From the NCBI RefSeq assembly GCF_964194025.1, contig NC_134478.1:30380001-30444000 (forward strand): 64,000 bases of DNA, read 5' to 3'. The notes under the pieces are model-generated. The model saw only the letters and a list, made by a program, of their open reading frames with translations, had not been told where the DNA came from and ran no database searches. Position 1 is the first letter of the stretch, and every line of letters starts with the position of its first letter. Position numbers and translations under genes: made by a program. Positions 27,453-41,000 of the stretch are shown here, piece after piece. This DNA is from Convolutriloba macropyga (taxonomy: Eukaryota).

Positions 27453-28502
27453 TAGCTGGCAGATTGCCAGAAAATAGCCGCAATAGATTCGTAGATCGGT
27501 AGTCTAAAAAACAGTAAAAGAGACAAAATTTGTCTTTTCATTGAAGGCTGATCTGTTATATTTTGGTTAAAAATCTGTATATAAGTTATGACTGCCTCTA
27601 TTAGCTGGTCTCAAATAACCTTCATTTAGAGTGACACACACCCATTTGACCTTATCTCTTTGAATTAAAGTAAATAAAAGTGAATTTCAAAGTGAGGAAG
27701 TCATTTTTGAGAGTGAGGTAAGTCAAGTGTGACCAAAAATTTAATCACGCAAATGAACAAAAAAACTCGCTCCACTAAGAGCGAAAAATGACGTCACGCT
27801 TGCAATTTAGTTGAAATTGCATGAACGAATGAACAAAAAGTGGCTGTGACGTCATATGGTCGTAACAAAAATCATAACGACGAAATAAAAATTATAGCGG
27901 GACAAGTCCTGACGTACAATTCAAAGAATTTTCATTGACTAAACAGAAAAACTAGACCTAGAATTGACTATGAGTGAATTGAGAAAACCATTTTGAAAAA
28001 ATCAGATCAAAAAATAAGAAAAAAAAAACAAAAAAACTATGTCAAAATGCCGCATGTTAACAAAAAAACCACTAGCGGGAAATGAAATTTAATTCAAACA
28101 AAAAATTACGCCTAGAATGAGCTGTGAATGGATTGGGAAAACCATTTAGAAAAAAATCCGATCCAAAAAATCGAAAAAACAGTAAAAATCAGAGTGAATT
28201 TGCCGCATGTGAACAAACAACCACTTCCGAGAAACCGAATTTTTGTTCAAACACCATTTTCGCACTCCACTTTAAAATTAGAGTAAAAAAAATTCACGCC
28301 GCAAAACCACTCGCTTTCTCGCTCCATTTCCTGTTTCGGCGTGATCAAAATCACTACTCCAATTTGACTTCAAAAATCATGAAAATGTGTGAACAGATCT
28401 TTAAAAAAAGACAGCGCCCCAATACAATTCAAATTCTTTGAATTGTAAAAAAAACCAAGAGAAGGCCAATAAAAGCCCCAGCTATCGCTGTGCGGCTATT
28501 AA
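27451..28502 (-). mobile_element. HINE family A, full-length ~1.05 kb
   Basis: On the minus strand: TTAATAGCCGC plus hairpin at the 5' end; GCGGCTATT, hairpin CTGGCA-ATC-TGCCAG and CTATGTT at the 3' end; T-rich insertion site, no TSD. Confidence 0.75.
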
Positions 28503-31033
28503 ACAGAAAAGGACGTGTAACCAATAATTTAACCAATCGCTCACCCTTTCACAAAACTTTGCTCTCCCTCCAATAAAAATAGAAAATGTCATCAAAAATG
28601 CATAGGAGTTGAAAAAATGCATTAATGTATGAACAACCGCTGATTTGAAGCAAGCGCGAGGTCATATGGTCTTAAGAAACATTCACGAAAGAAACAAAAA
28701 CATAGAAGGACAAGTCTTGAAACAATTCAAAGAATTTTCCTTGACTAATCGGAAAACTGGAATGGACTACGAATGAATTGGATAAACCAATTAGACAAAC
28801 ATTAAATAAAAAGTCGAGCAACCAGTAAAAATTGAAGTCCAATTACAGCATGTGAACAAAAAAACTACATGAGCATTTTTTTAAACATTGTTTTCTCACT
28901 GCTTTAGAATTGGAGAGGAACAATTTTATGCCACAAAACCACTCGCTTTTTTGTTCCATTTCCTGTTTTATCGTAACTGAAATCATCACTACAATTTGAC
29001 TTCAAAAATCTATGAAAATGTGCGACCAGAGCTTCCCAATAAAATTCCAATTCTTTAAATTGTAAAAAAACAGCACGAGAACTCTTGAAAAACAATTCAA
29101 AGAACTAAACAAACTCAAGATCTAGCTAACATACTCAAAAGAACTACAGCCAATAATTAAAACAAGGCATCAAAAAAAATCAGATACTAAAAACAAATGA
29201 AAAAATTGAAAATTCCCGTTTTTTTCTTAGAAGCTTGGTGTTATCAAAGTCAATAAAAAAAAACAAAATTTGTCTTTTCATTGAAGGCTGATCTGTTATA
29301 TTTTGGTTAAAAATCTGTATATAAGTTATGACTGCCTCTATTAGCTGGTCTCAAATAACCTTCATTTAGAGTGACACACACCCATTTGACCTTATCTCTT
29401 TGAATTAAAGTAAATAAAAGTGAATTTCAAAGTGGGGAAGTCATTTTTGAGAGTGAGGTAAGTCAAGTGTGACCAAAAATTTAATCACGCAAATGAACAA
29501 AAAAACTCGCTCCACTAAGAGCGAAAAATGACGTCACGCTTGCAATTTAGTTGAAATTGCATGAACGAATGAACAAAAAGTGGCTGTGACGTCATATGGT
29601 CGTAACAAAAATCATAACGACGAAATAAAAATTATAGCGGGACAAGTCCTGACGTACAATTCAAAGAATTTTCATTGACTAAACAGAAAAACTAGACCTA
29701 GAATGGACTATGAGTGAATTGAGAAAACCATTTTGAAAAAATCAGATCAAAAAATAAGAAAAAAAACAAAAAAACTATGTCAAAATGCCGCATGTTAACA
29801 AAAAAACCACTAGCGGGAAATGAAATTTAATTCAAACAAAAAATTACGCCTAGAATGAGCTGTGAATGGATTGGGAAAACCATTTAGAAAAAAATCCGAT
29901 CCAAAAAATCGAAAAAACAGTAAAAATCAGAGTGAAATTGCCGCATGTGAACAAACAACCACTTCCGAGAAACCGAATTTTTGTTCAAACACCATTTTCG
30001 CACTCCACTTTAAAATTAGAGTTAAAAAAATTCACGCCGCAAAACCACTCGCTTTCTCGCTCCATTTCCTGTTTCGGCGTGATCAAAATCACTACTCCAA
30101 TTTGACTTCAAAAATCATGAAAATGTGTGAACAGATCTTTAAAAAAAGACAGCGCCCCAATACAATTCAAATTCTTTGAATTGTAAAAAAAACCAAGAGA
30201 AGGCCAATAAAAGCCCCAGCTATCGCTGTGCGGCTATTAAACAGAAAAGGACGTGTAACCAATAATTTAACCAATCGCTCACCCTTTCACAAAACTTTGC
30301 TCTCCCTCCAATAAAAATAGAAAATGTCATCAAAAATGCATAGGAGTTGAAAAAATGCATTAATGTATGAACAACCGCTGATTTGAAGCAAGCGCGAGGT
30401 CATATGGTCTTAAGAAACATTCACGAAAGAAACAAAAACATAGAAGGACAAGTCTTGAAACAATTCAAAGAATTTTCCTTGACTAATCGGAAAACTGGAA
30501 TGGACTACGAATGAATTGGATAAACCAATTAGACAAACATTAAATAAAAAGTCGAGCAACCAGTAAAAATTGAAGTCCAATTACAGCATGTGAACAAAAA
30601 AACTACATGAGCATTTTTTTAAACATTGTTTTCTCACTGCTTTAGAATTGGAGAGGAACAATTTTACGCCACAAAACCACTCGCTTTTTTGTTCCATTTC
30701 CTGTTTTATCGTGACTGAAATCATCACTACAATTTGACTTCAAAAATCTATGAAAATGTGCGACCAGAGCTTCCCAATAAAATTCCAATTCTTTAAATTG
30801 TAAAAAAAACAGCACGAGAACTCTTGAAATACAATTCAAAGAACTAAACAAACTCAAGATCTAGCTAACATACTACTCAAGATCTAGCTAACATACTCAA
30901 AAGAACTACAGCCAATAATTAAAACAGTGCATCAAAAAAAAATCAGATACTAAAAACAAATGAAAAAATTGAAAATTCCCGTTTTTTTCTTAGAAGCTTG
31001 GTGTTATCAAAGTCAATAAAAAAAACAAAATTT
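27523..31033 (+). repeat. Near-identical tandem duplication, ~1740-bp unit (27523-29262; 29263-31024)
   Basis: Line-for-line identity; ACAAAATTT at 27523, 29263 and 31025; duplicated ORFs 28124/29862. Confidence 0.95.
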
Positions 31034-33532
31034 TGATCAAATTTTAACACTGTGGACCTTGATCATTAATTCCAATTATGTAGAACAGAACTGAGACAAA
31101 GAAAACGGACCACAGATAAAAAAAAGAATGGTCAAACTCAAAATTTTAATCAGGATTTCAAAAACGCCAACAAAGTCATTGAAATTCGTAATTTAAAAAA
31201 AAACTAAAATTCAGACCACAAAATTACTGATGATTAGAAACTACAAAAAACATTTTTAAAAAAATAACGCAATTAACGCAACAAGACCGCGCAGCGAAAA
31301 GAACCAACGAAGCAACAATCAAAAACTAATCTACTTTTTTTGTTCAAAAACAATGGTCTCAATATCAAAAAACCAAAAGCTATAAAATGGAATCAATGAA
31401 TAGATGAGCATTAATTGCAAAAAAACAAAAAGATATGCCAAAACTCAAACAGAAAGGCTATTGATCAAATAGATCAGCAAGCACGTTCAAAACTAAAAAA
31501 AAACAAGTGCAATTATTTTAACACAAATTCAATTATTTCAAGTGCAATTATTTTAACAAAAAAAATTTATCTACATAAAAACATAAAACAGATCCATTTT
31601 CATTAAATCAGAAACTATATGACATCTGTCTATTAAGACTACTCAAACTTACTGTCAATCAGGAACAACAAGCAAGCAAAACCCGAAAAAAAACACGAAC
31701 AAAGCATGCCGAAGTGGTTATAGCATCTCTCTGTTCACGAACTGAAAACAAGAAGCATACCTTTTCAAACCAAATTGGACAGAGAAGGAGAACTATTATT
31801 AACAAGATATAAAAAAAGCAAAAAGTTTTTAGAAAAGATTAATAAACTTAAAAAATCACTGAGTTGTTCGAAACAAGTATTTTCATATTTGTTAAAATCG
31901 TTAGATATATATTCAACCATTGAAATGGAAATCAATTACACCTCATCAGAGATAAATTTTGAAATACGTGACGTCAAATACGTTAGAGAAGATTTTAAAC
32001 GTTAAACTAGCTTCAAGAACTCCTTTTCAGAGCGCCAGTGATAGATAGGTTAACACTACTAACTAAAAAACGAGCAAAAAAATAAGTTACAATTTTTGAA
32101 AATAAGTAATGCCATAGTTATTACGACCGTTAGATAAATAATTAGCGTAAATAACCTCAATAAAGCCCATCATAGTATTAATGAGTCTTGACATTAAAAA
32201 CATTTAACGATAGGACAATAGAAGAATGGAAACGGGCAAAATTAAAAAAAAAATATTGATAATTCCTGAAAACAAGTGAAGTCCAAGTCGTTAAATGAAA
32301 CCATTTAATAGCTTCAATTATGCCTTTTTAGAGTGCCAATGAGCTAGGTCATTAGGAGTACAAGAGACAGCACAATCAAAAGGGATAGAGAAACTGTTAA
32401 AACTTTAATTAAAACTTCACAAAAAAATAACAAGTTTGTTCACTGTTCTTGCACTCCATTTAGAAATCCATGCCTTAAAAATACCCGCTTTTTGCTCCTT
32501 CTACTACTCCAGCGTAAGTAATTGTAATAAGCATGCGCAGATGTTTTTAAAAAGACAGCGCACCAATAAATTCGAACTCTTCGAAAAACCGAGAAGGCCA
32601 ATAATTGCTCCGTTCAACTATCCCAGCTATTAATGAAAATAGAAACGTATACTCAATGTAGGGGAAAATTACCCAATATTTTGAGATAAGTTTACATTAG
32701 ATTTGCTTTGTGCAGGTAAATGATGCAGGACTACATGCATTCAAATACAAGCTTACCTGAAAGATTGCAGGTACGTTCATGTACTGCACAGGCACAGTTC
32801 AGTGAAATTCACCTGCAACATGCTTAAAAATTTGGGCTTACTCTGGCTGTTTCTGAGAATTTTGGTTCAACGATTGATTTTTGGCGTGGTTCTGGCTTTG
32901 GTTGTTGCCTGCTTAAGATAAGGAATGCTCTAGAATCAAACATTGGTTGGACATAAACACCGGGGCCGTGTTCCAAACAAATACACCAATGAATAACGCA
33001 TCTTCTAGGCAATTTCGGTGGAATATACAGTCAGGCACTAGTAAAGGGTACTTAGTGTCGTCGAGCTTTGCAAGAAACCATTACTTAACCAAATCACGAA
33101 TTATGCTCAAGTTATGCACGACAAACATTTTTTCAAACTTCATTTTTCAAAAAAGATGTAAAAGTGAAAACACGCAGTCAAGGAATACAAGAAATCTTCA
33201 ATCATTTTTTTCTTTGAAGCCAACTAGGAAATTGAGCTTCGCATAAAAACTACTTCAGTTCGCTTTTATTTACGAATCTCCGAGAGTCTGACTAGGCGTA
33301 ATTTAAGAAACAAACCCTGAAGATAGCGATATTAATTTTTTAATTAAACAAACGAACAACCTCGGGCAAAACGACCAGCGGGCGGTTGGCGTGGGTAGGA
33401 GCCAGCTGAGGCTTAGGGATGTTAGCATTGGGGGGGGGGGGTGTAGTGGGTGAGCCGAGTTGGGACAAGGGGGGGGGGTTGTGGTGGAGGAGCAGAGTTG
33501 GGGGGGGGGGTGGTCAAACGAGAGGAGGGTCC

Positions 33533-36500
33533 AAATCGCCAGGTGGATGAGGGTGAACGGGCGAGTGTTTGTGGGTTGGTGTAAATCGCCAGGTGGATGA
33601 GGGTGAACGGGGGAGTGTTTGTGGGTGTATATCGCCAGGTGGATGAGGGTGAACGGGGGAGTGTTTGTGGGTTGGGGGTGTAAATCGCCAGGTGGATGAG
33701 GGTGAACGGGGGGGGGGGGGAGTGTTTAAGGGTTGGGTGTGTAAATCGCCAGGTGGATGAGGGTGAACGGGCGAGTGTTTGTGGGTTGGGGGTGTAAATC
33801 GGCAGGTGGATGAGGGTCAACGGGTGAGTGTTTGTGGGTGTATATCGCCAGGTGGATGAGGGTCACGGGGGAGTGTTTGTGGGTTGGGGGTGGAAATCGC
33901 CAGGTGGATGAGGGTGAGTGGGGGAGTGTTTGTGGGTTGGGGGTGTAAATCACCAGGTGGATGAGGGTGAACGGGGGAGTGTTTGTGGGTTGGGGTGTAA
34001 ATCGCCAGGTGGATGAGGGTGAACGGGCGAGTGTTTGTGGGTTGGGGGTCCAAATCGCCAGGTGGATGAGGGTGAACGGGCGAGTGTTTGTGGTTTGGTG
34101 GGGTAAATCGCCAGGTGGATGAGGGTGAACGGAGGATTGTTTGTGGGTTGGGGGTGTATATCGCCAGGTGAATGATAGTGAACGGGGGAGTGTTTGTGGG
34201 TTGGGGTGTAAATCGCCAGGTGGATGAAGGTGAACGGGCGAGTGTTTGTGGGTTGGGGGTCCAAATCACCAGGTGGATGAGGGTGAACGGGCGAGTGTTT
34301 GTGGGCTGGGGGTGTAAATCGCTAGGTGGATGAGGGTGAACGGGGGAGTGTTTTTGAGTTGGGGGTGTAAATCGCCAGGTGGATGAGGGTGAACGGGGGA
34401 GTGTTTGTGGGTTGAGGGTGTAAATCGCCAGGTGGATGATGGTGAACGGGCGAGTGTTTGTGGGTTGGGGGTCCAAATCGCCAGGTGGATGAGGGGGAAC
34501 GGGCGAGTGTTTGTGGAATGGGGGTGTAAATTGCCAGGTGGATGAGGGTGAACGGGGGAGTGTTTGTGGGTTGTGGGTGTAAATCGCCAGGTGGATGAGG
34601 GTGAACGGGCGAGTGTTTGTGCGTTGGAGGTGTAAATCGCCAGGTGGATGAGGGTGAGTGGGGGAGTGTTTGTGGGTTGGGGTGTAAATCGCCAGGTGGA
34701 TGAGGGTGAACGGGCGAGTGTTTGTGGGTTGGGGGTCCAAATCGCCAGGTGGATGAGGGTGAACGGGCGAGTGTTTGTGGTTTGGGGGTGTAAATCGCCA
34801 GGTGGATGAGGGTGAACGGAGGAGTGTTTGTGGGTTGGGGGTGTATATCGCCAGGTAAAAGATAGTGAACGGGGGAGTGTTTGTGGGTTGGGGGTGTAAA
34901 TCGCCAGGTGGATGAGGGTGAACGGGGGGGAGTGTTTAAGGGTTGGGTGTGTAAATCGCCAGGTGGATGAGGGTGAACGGGGGAGTGTTTGGGTTGGGGG
35001 TCCAAATCGCCAGGTGGATGAGGGTGAACGGGCGAGTGTTTGTGGGTTGGGGGTGTAAATCGCCAGGTGGATGAGGGTGAACGGGTGAGTGTTTGTGGGT
35101 GTATATCGCCAGGTGGATGAGGGTCACGGGGGAGTGTTTGTGGGTTGGGGGTGTAAATCGCCAGGTGGATGAGGGTGAGTGTTTGTGGGTTGGGGGTGTA
35201 AATCACCAGGTGGATGAGGGTGAACGGGGGAGTGTTTGTGGGTTGGGGTGTAAATCGCCAGGTGGATGAGGGTGAACGGGCGAGTGTTTGTGGGTCCAAA
35301 TCGCCAGGTGGATGAGGGTGAACGGGCGAGTGTTTGTGGTTTGGTGGTGTAAATCGCCAGGTGGATGAGGGTGAACGGAGGAGTGTTTGTGGGTTGGGGG
35401 TTTATATCGCCAGGTGAATGATAGTGAACGGGGGAGTGTTTGTGGGTTGGGGTGTAAATCGCCAGGTGGATGAAGGTGAACGGGCGAGTGTTTGTGGGTT
35501 GGGGTCCAAATCACCAGGTGGATGAGGGTGAACGGGCGAGTGTTTGTGGGCTGGGGGTGTAAATCGCTAGGTGGATGAGGGTGAACGGGGGAGTGTTTTT
35601 GAGTTGGGGGTGTAAATCGCCAGGTGGATGAGGGTGAACGGGGGAGTGTTTGTGGGTTGGGGGTGTAAATCGCCAGGTGGATGAGGGTGAACGGGCGAGT
35701 GTTTGTGGGTTGGGGGTCCAAATCGCCAGGTGGATGAGGGGGAACGGGCGAGTGTTTGTGGAATGGGGGTGTAAATCGCTAGGTGGATGAGGGTGAAAGG
35801 GGGAGTGTTTGTGGGTTGTGGGTGTAAATCGCCAGGTGGATGAGGGTGAACGGGCGAGTGTTTGTGGGTTGGAGGGTTAAATCGCCAGGTGGATGAGGGT
35901 GAGTGGGGGAGTGTTTGTGGGTTGGGGGTGTAAATCACCAGGTGGATGAGGGTGAACGGGGGAGTGTTTGTGGGTTGGGGTGTAAATCGCCAGGTGGATG
36001 AGGGTGAACGGGCGAGTGTTTGTGGGTTGGGGGTCCAAATCGCCAGGTGGATGAGGGTGAACGGGCGAGTGTTTGTGGTTTGGGGGTGTAAATCGCCAGG
36101 TGGATGAGGGTGAACGGAGGAGTGTTTGTGGGTTGGGGGTGTATATCGCCAGGTGAAAGATAGTGAACGGGGGAGTGTTTGTGGGTTGGGGGTGTAAATC
36201 GCCAGGTGGATGAGGGTGAGTGGGGGAGTGTTTGTGGGTTGGGGGTCCAAATCACCAGGTGGATGAGGGTGAACGGGCGAGTGTTTGTGGGTTGGGGGTG
36301 TAAATCGCTAGGTGGATGAGGGTGAAGGGGGGGAGTGTTTGTGGGTTGGGGGTGTAAATCGCCAGTTGGATGAGGGTGAACGGGCGAGTGTTTGTGGGTT
36401 GGGGGTGTAAATCGCCAGGTGCATGAGGGTGAAAGGGGGAGTGTTTGTGAGTTGGGGGTGTAAATCGCCAGGTGGATGAGGGTGAACTGGGGAGTGTTTG

Positions 36501-36637
36501 TGGGTTGGGGGTGTAAATCGCCAGGTGGATGAGGGTGAACGGGCGAGTGTTTGTGGGTGTAAATCGCCAGATGGATGAGGGTGAACGGGGGAGTGTTTGT
36601 GGGTTGGGGGTGTAAATCGCCAGGTGGATGAGGGTGC
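33533..36637 (+). repeat. G-rich minisatellite, ~52-53-bp unit, ~60 copies
   Basis: Consensus AAATCGCCAGGTGGATGAGGGTGAACGGG(C/G)GAGTGTTTGTGGGTTGGGGGTGT; flanked by poly-G runs at ~33430-33510 and ~36666-36692. Confidence 0.97.
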
Positions 36638-38040
36638 TAGACGTGGAGTGGATGAGTGTGTTTGTGGGGGGGGGGGGGGTGAGTGGTGGGGGCTCAAACT
36701 TTTAAGATTAAAAACTGTTCTTCACACCACGAAATTATCTGCTCACAGTTTCGGTGAATCGCATACTTAGAGACTAGTAAGGCTTGAGTCTCTCAGAGAG
36801 CTGCTTAGCCACTTATTGCCCTCGGGGCATTACCTGTTTATCCTGTCTTTAAGGTCGAAAAGTCAAATGGGTCAGACGAAAAATCGGACAAGCGAAAAAT
36901 AGCATAAAAAAGACTGCAGGACTAATATAATTGCTAAACTTTGTTTGAGCGCAGTTAATAAAGTACCTTAAGAAATCTTAGTACCAAAACGCCCAATTTT
37001 CGTGAAGTTTCACTTTGTTTTTTTTTGCAATAACAGCTTGAGAGGAAACATTAAATTTATTCTGAAATGATTTAAAAATAAAGGCATTCAATAATTTATA
37101 AATCAATAACCAAAATAGAAACGATACTCATTCATCCATTTTGCATTATTCGAGTTTTCAACAGCGTCACATGCGTACAAGAGCAGCAGCACAAACTTCG
37201 TCAGCAATTTTAAGAAACCAATATTAGCTGTGCTGCTCCTCGTTAATATTAATGAATTAAAAAAGAAGCGAGCAATTTAAGACTTATAATTTTCATGTAG
37301 TAATATAATTGATATCTGCTGTGCAAAAGAATAGGAATTAAAGCTTTTACAAAATGAGATACAACCAACCAAAGGAAGAGTGGGGGGACTTATATTACTG
37401 CAAGGATAGAAACTTTAAATCCTACCCAGTCTAATCCCCAAAATTGCCTCTCGCCCTTCCAAACAACATGAGGGCCATATTTTTTTAATCAAAGGGCAGG
37501 CGGAACAAGCACCCAATAGATAACATTAACTGGAAACCGTGTTCCAAATTTAACTGCAAATATAAACATACAACAGGAGCAAAAGTTTTTACCGTTTTGT
37601 TTCTTCGCAATCGTGACGTTCGCAGGGGACAATGATTGTATTCCACCAGAACTCGATTTGAGACAAATAGCAGCGTCTGAATTAAGCTATTACGTAACTG
37701 TATAGAAAAGCAAAGTAATATCATAAGTTACTCTAATTTATGCAGTATTATTACGCATGATCTCCAGATCTGGCGATTTCTGGTCAAATCTTTGAGAACG
37801 CAAAGCAAAACCCGAAGTTCTTTCGAAAAAAATCAGTGCTTGAAAACTTGAAATAGCTCTGAATAACGTAGAAGCTATCGTGGTTAGGCTAAGGACATGA
37901 TACCATGCTACAGATATGTCCCATAAAATGTTCAAGCGAGGACTCAAGCTGAATGATCAGTTAAAATACCCAGAATAAAATTCATAACCACCGGATCTGA
38001 GATATTTGGGTCCTAAATAGAAGGGGGAATTATTTAGTCT

Positions 38041-41000
38041 CTAAGGGAAATGACGTCGAGCTCCGTGCGTGTGGGGTGCGTCAAATATCAGAACACGTCT
38101 GCTAAGAGCAGTCTTAATGCGACTGAACTCGGATGCCGGAACTGGAATCCTGGAGATCAATTGGTCCAGCAATTTGTAATCGCTATCTCCATCTGAACAC
38201 AGGGTATTACCTGTATCTGGATACAGCAAGTAGCCGTTTATGTACATGCAGTTGGCCAGGAATTCTGCCCTCATTTTGACTGTGCTGTAATCGTAACTTG
38301 AGTTGTTTATTATTTGTTTCAACAGGTAATTTCCGTCTGGTGTGTCAGCGTACACAAGAAGTCCTTCACATGCGACCGATATGTAGTCTTTGAGACGTCG
38401 AGATTTGCTAAAAAGATCGAATTCTAGTAAATTTAGAAATAAATATTGCTTAAATTACAGATAAATATTTGATAGAGGCTAACAAAAATACAAAGCAAGC
38501 ACTTCATTCAATATTGCCTCTTAAAAAAATCTTTCGAAGACTAGGCAAAAATTCATGGAAGCCCATATACATCATAGGGAAATTCTTTTTTGCTCAATTT
38601 TGTAAAATCACTGCCCAATTTTGCTGTTTCTTGAGGCATAGGAAGACATTATGTTAAAATTGGTTAACTATAATGCAACAATAATACAATCTTACAGCGG
38701 TTTACTTTGTTGAATTGCATCTCCGCGCTTGAAAAATTCGTGCAATGCGTTTTGTAGGGTCAGTTATAGTTTTAAAGTCTTCTCGCGAGGTGGTTTTACA
38801 GTATTGAGCAAAAGAGAATTTTACAAAGCTGTAATTGCAATTCCACAAATTGTTCCAAGAAGCTTGCCTTAAGGCTAAGGAGGTCTCCAAGAAGTTTGCT
38901 CAACTTATTTTACAACACAGTATTCTATGTTTTTAAATAAACCGCGAAAATATGTGTGAAGAGGTGCATCGTAAGGTCAAACAATGCACTGACTTCTTGA
39001 GAGTAAACCTTGAGAGAGTAAATTAGAGGTCTTGTTAAGCTAAAATGTTTTTCATAGGAAAAATTGGGTTGTAATTGCCGTAGGCTTACCAAAATTATAT
39101 TCGAGCATATATTTAAGCATTAGTGGTCTATGAAATGTCAAAAATTTCCGAATTACGAAGGTAAAAGACTATTGAGCTGTTTAAAATTCTTATCACCAGT
39201 CAACTCGCAACGGTGCAACTATTTACATGCTATATTTGGCAAAAACAAGTTGAAGTTTTAGGAAATTGTTTAAATGAATAAGTACAATAGATATTATTAT
39301 TGTTCCGACCCCACTTGTGAGGGGAGGAACTATAACTCAAATGGGTTTTTTTTGTTCAGACAACATTGGCCGATCGATATATTCCTCGTAGAGAAATGTG
39401 AGTGGTATCATTGAAAAGCTTGTCCAGCGCAGAATTCAAAATAAAAAAAAGTTTTTTTTGAATTTCGTATTTTTCGAGGAGTTATCGAGGTTTAAATTTT
39501 TTTGTTTAGCGTAATTTTTTTGTTCAAATTAAGGCTTTTCTATGAAAAAAATTATACATTTCACGATAGAAAAGGAATCAATTTTGTGTTACCAATAGAG
39601 CAATAAAAAGGCTAGTTCTGGTCTCTTGAGGAATTTTACCATAAAAAACTCGAATTCAATTTCAGTTGTTTTTTTAGAAAACTTTTTCCTATTTATTGCT
39701 TTAGTCACTTAAAGACTAGCCACTTTTCAGATCGACGTTTGGTTAATGACAAACCTCATTTACAGTCATGATACCCAATGAACAAAAAATTCGACTTCAA
39801 GGAATCGCTCATGTTTCTTTTGTCTCCGACTCGAGTTTTCACAACTTTTAATGAGACTTTGATTTTCTTTTTCAGATTTTACTAAAAGTTTGGAGTCCTA
39901 TAGCATAGACTCGCTAACTAAAAGTACAATCAACTTCCTTATTTGCATTAGGTAAACCTATAGAGTGCTTTGAGTGAGAGCTAAGGGCTTTTAGGACTTC
40001 AAAAAATAATATTTCGATATAATTTTCGAAGATTAACCGACACTAAGCTTTTTTTCAAGAACAGTAAGTCAGTCTCAGTAATTCCAAGACTCCCTTCCTT
40101 TTTACTGCAACCAAAATTAATCTACTAAGTGGTTTTATCTGCTAAACATTGGTTGTATGACTTCGATAACACGAGTTTTCATAATTTCAAAATTTCTTAA
40201 ATTTTGGTTCCGTTTAAAAAAGAACCTCATTGCTTTTTTAAAAATTATATGAGATCAGAAAAAGTTTTACCAATTTTTTAATTGGCATTGACACTTTTCT
40301 AGCTTTTTTTAATTTGCTGTATGCTGCCTTTAAAATTCTTCGTGTGATCGTAAAATGCTGACTGGTCTCATACTTTTCTAATTGAGGATTGAATGAGTAA
40401 TGTTACTCAATGCAGTCAGTTCATAGCGAAAAGTATTAAAGTCTATAAAAATGTTCGTTTTAAAAGATTTCTTTATACTTTTCAGTTTTTTTCGTCAACT
40501 TGTAACTTATTCTCATCATTGAGAGGTTCCGTCCAATTCATTGTAATTCCAAAACTATTTTTCCATTGATATCATGTCGTAACTGACGTTTTGTTTGTTG
40601 CACAGTATGCGTTTTCTTAAAAGTTTTGTGAGTGCGTCAATATTTGTGCTTCCTTTTCTCTTCTTTTAGCACATTTGCTTAAAAAATTTTGTTTTTGCTT
40701 ATTTTGTTGTTTGTTTTCTTCTCGTAGTCTTTCTAATGGCAGATCTTGTGATCGCTGTAATGAGGCATGGTATTATGTAATTCAATTAGTAGTTCGGTTG
40801 TGTTACGATTTTTTTTTAAACTCAAACATCTATTTTCAATTATCTCATCATTAGGTTGACAATTAAGTCAAAAATGTAGATGAGCTCGGGCCGGAAATCA
40901 TGTGCAAACGCACATTAACGAGCATCCTTGTTATTATTATTAAATTGAATTGGTACCCGCGATACGGGAATCACTTTGTTAATTACAAAAACTTGTCATA

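Noticed and set aside
32824-33012. THAP-like start (xPRRCVIHWC); also VCNENFE on the minus strand near 14800
   Set aside because: The start codon is TTG, and the other THAP residues (W, C-x2-H, P) are missing in both cases.
33533-36637. CRISPR-like array
   Set aside because: Head-to-tail repeats without unique spacers, no cas genes, eukaryotic context.
33422-36697. Long Pro/His/Thr-rich ORFs on the minus strand
   Set aside because: They arise from a stop-free ~53-bp repeat that is open in all three frames; the unit length is not a multiple of 3 and indels are frequent.
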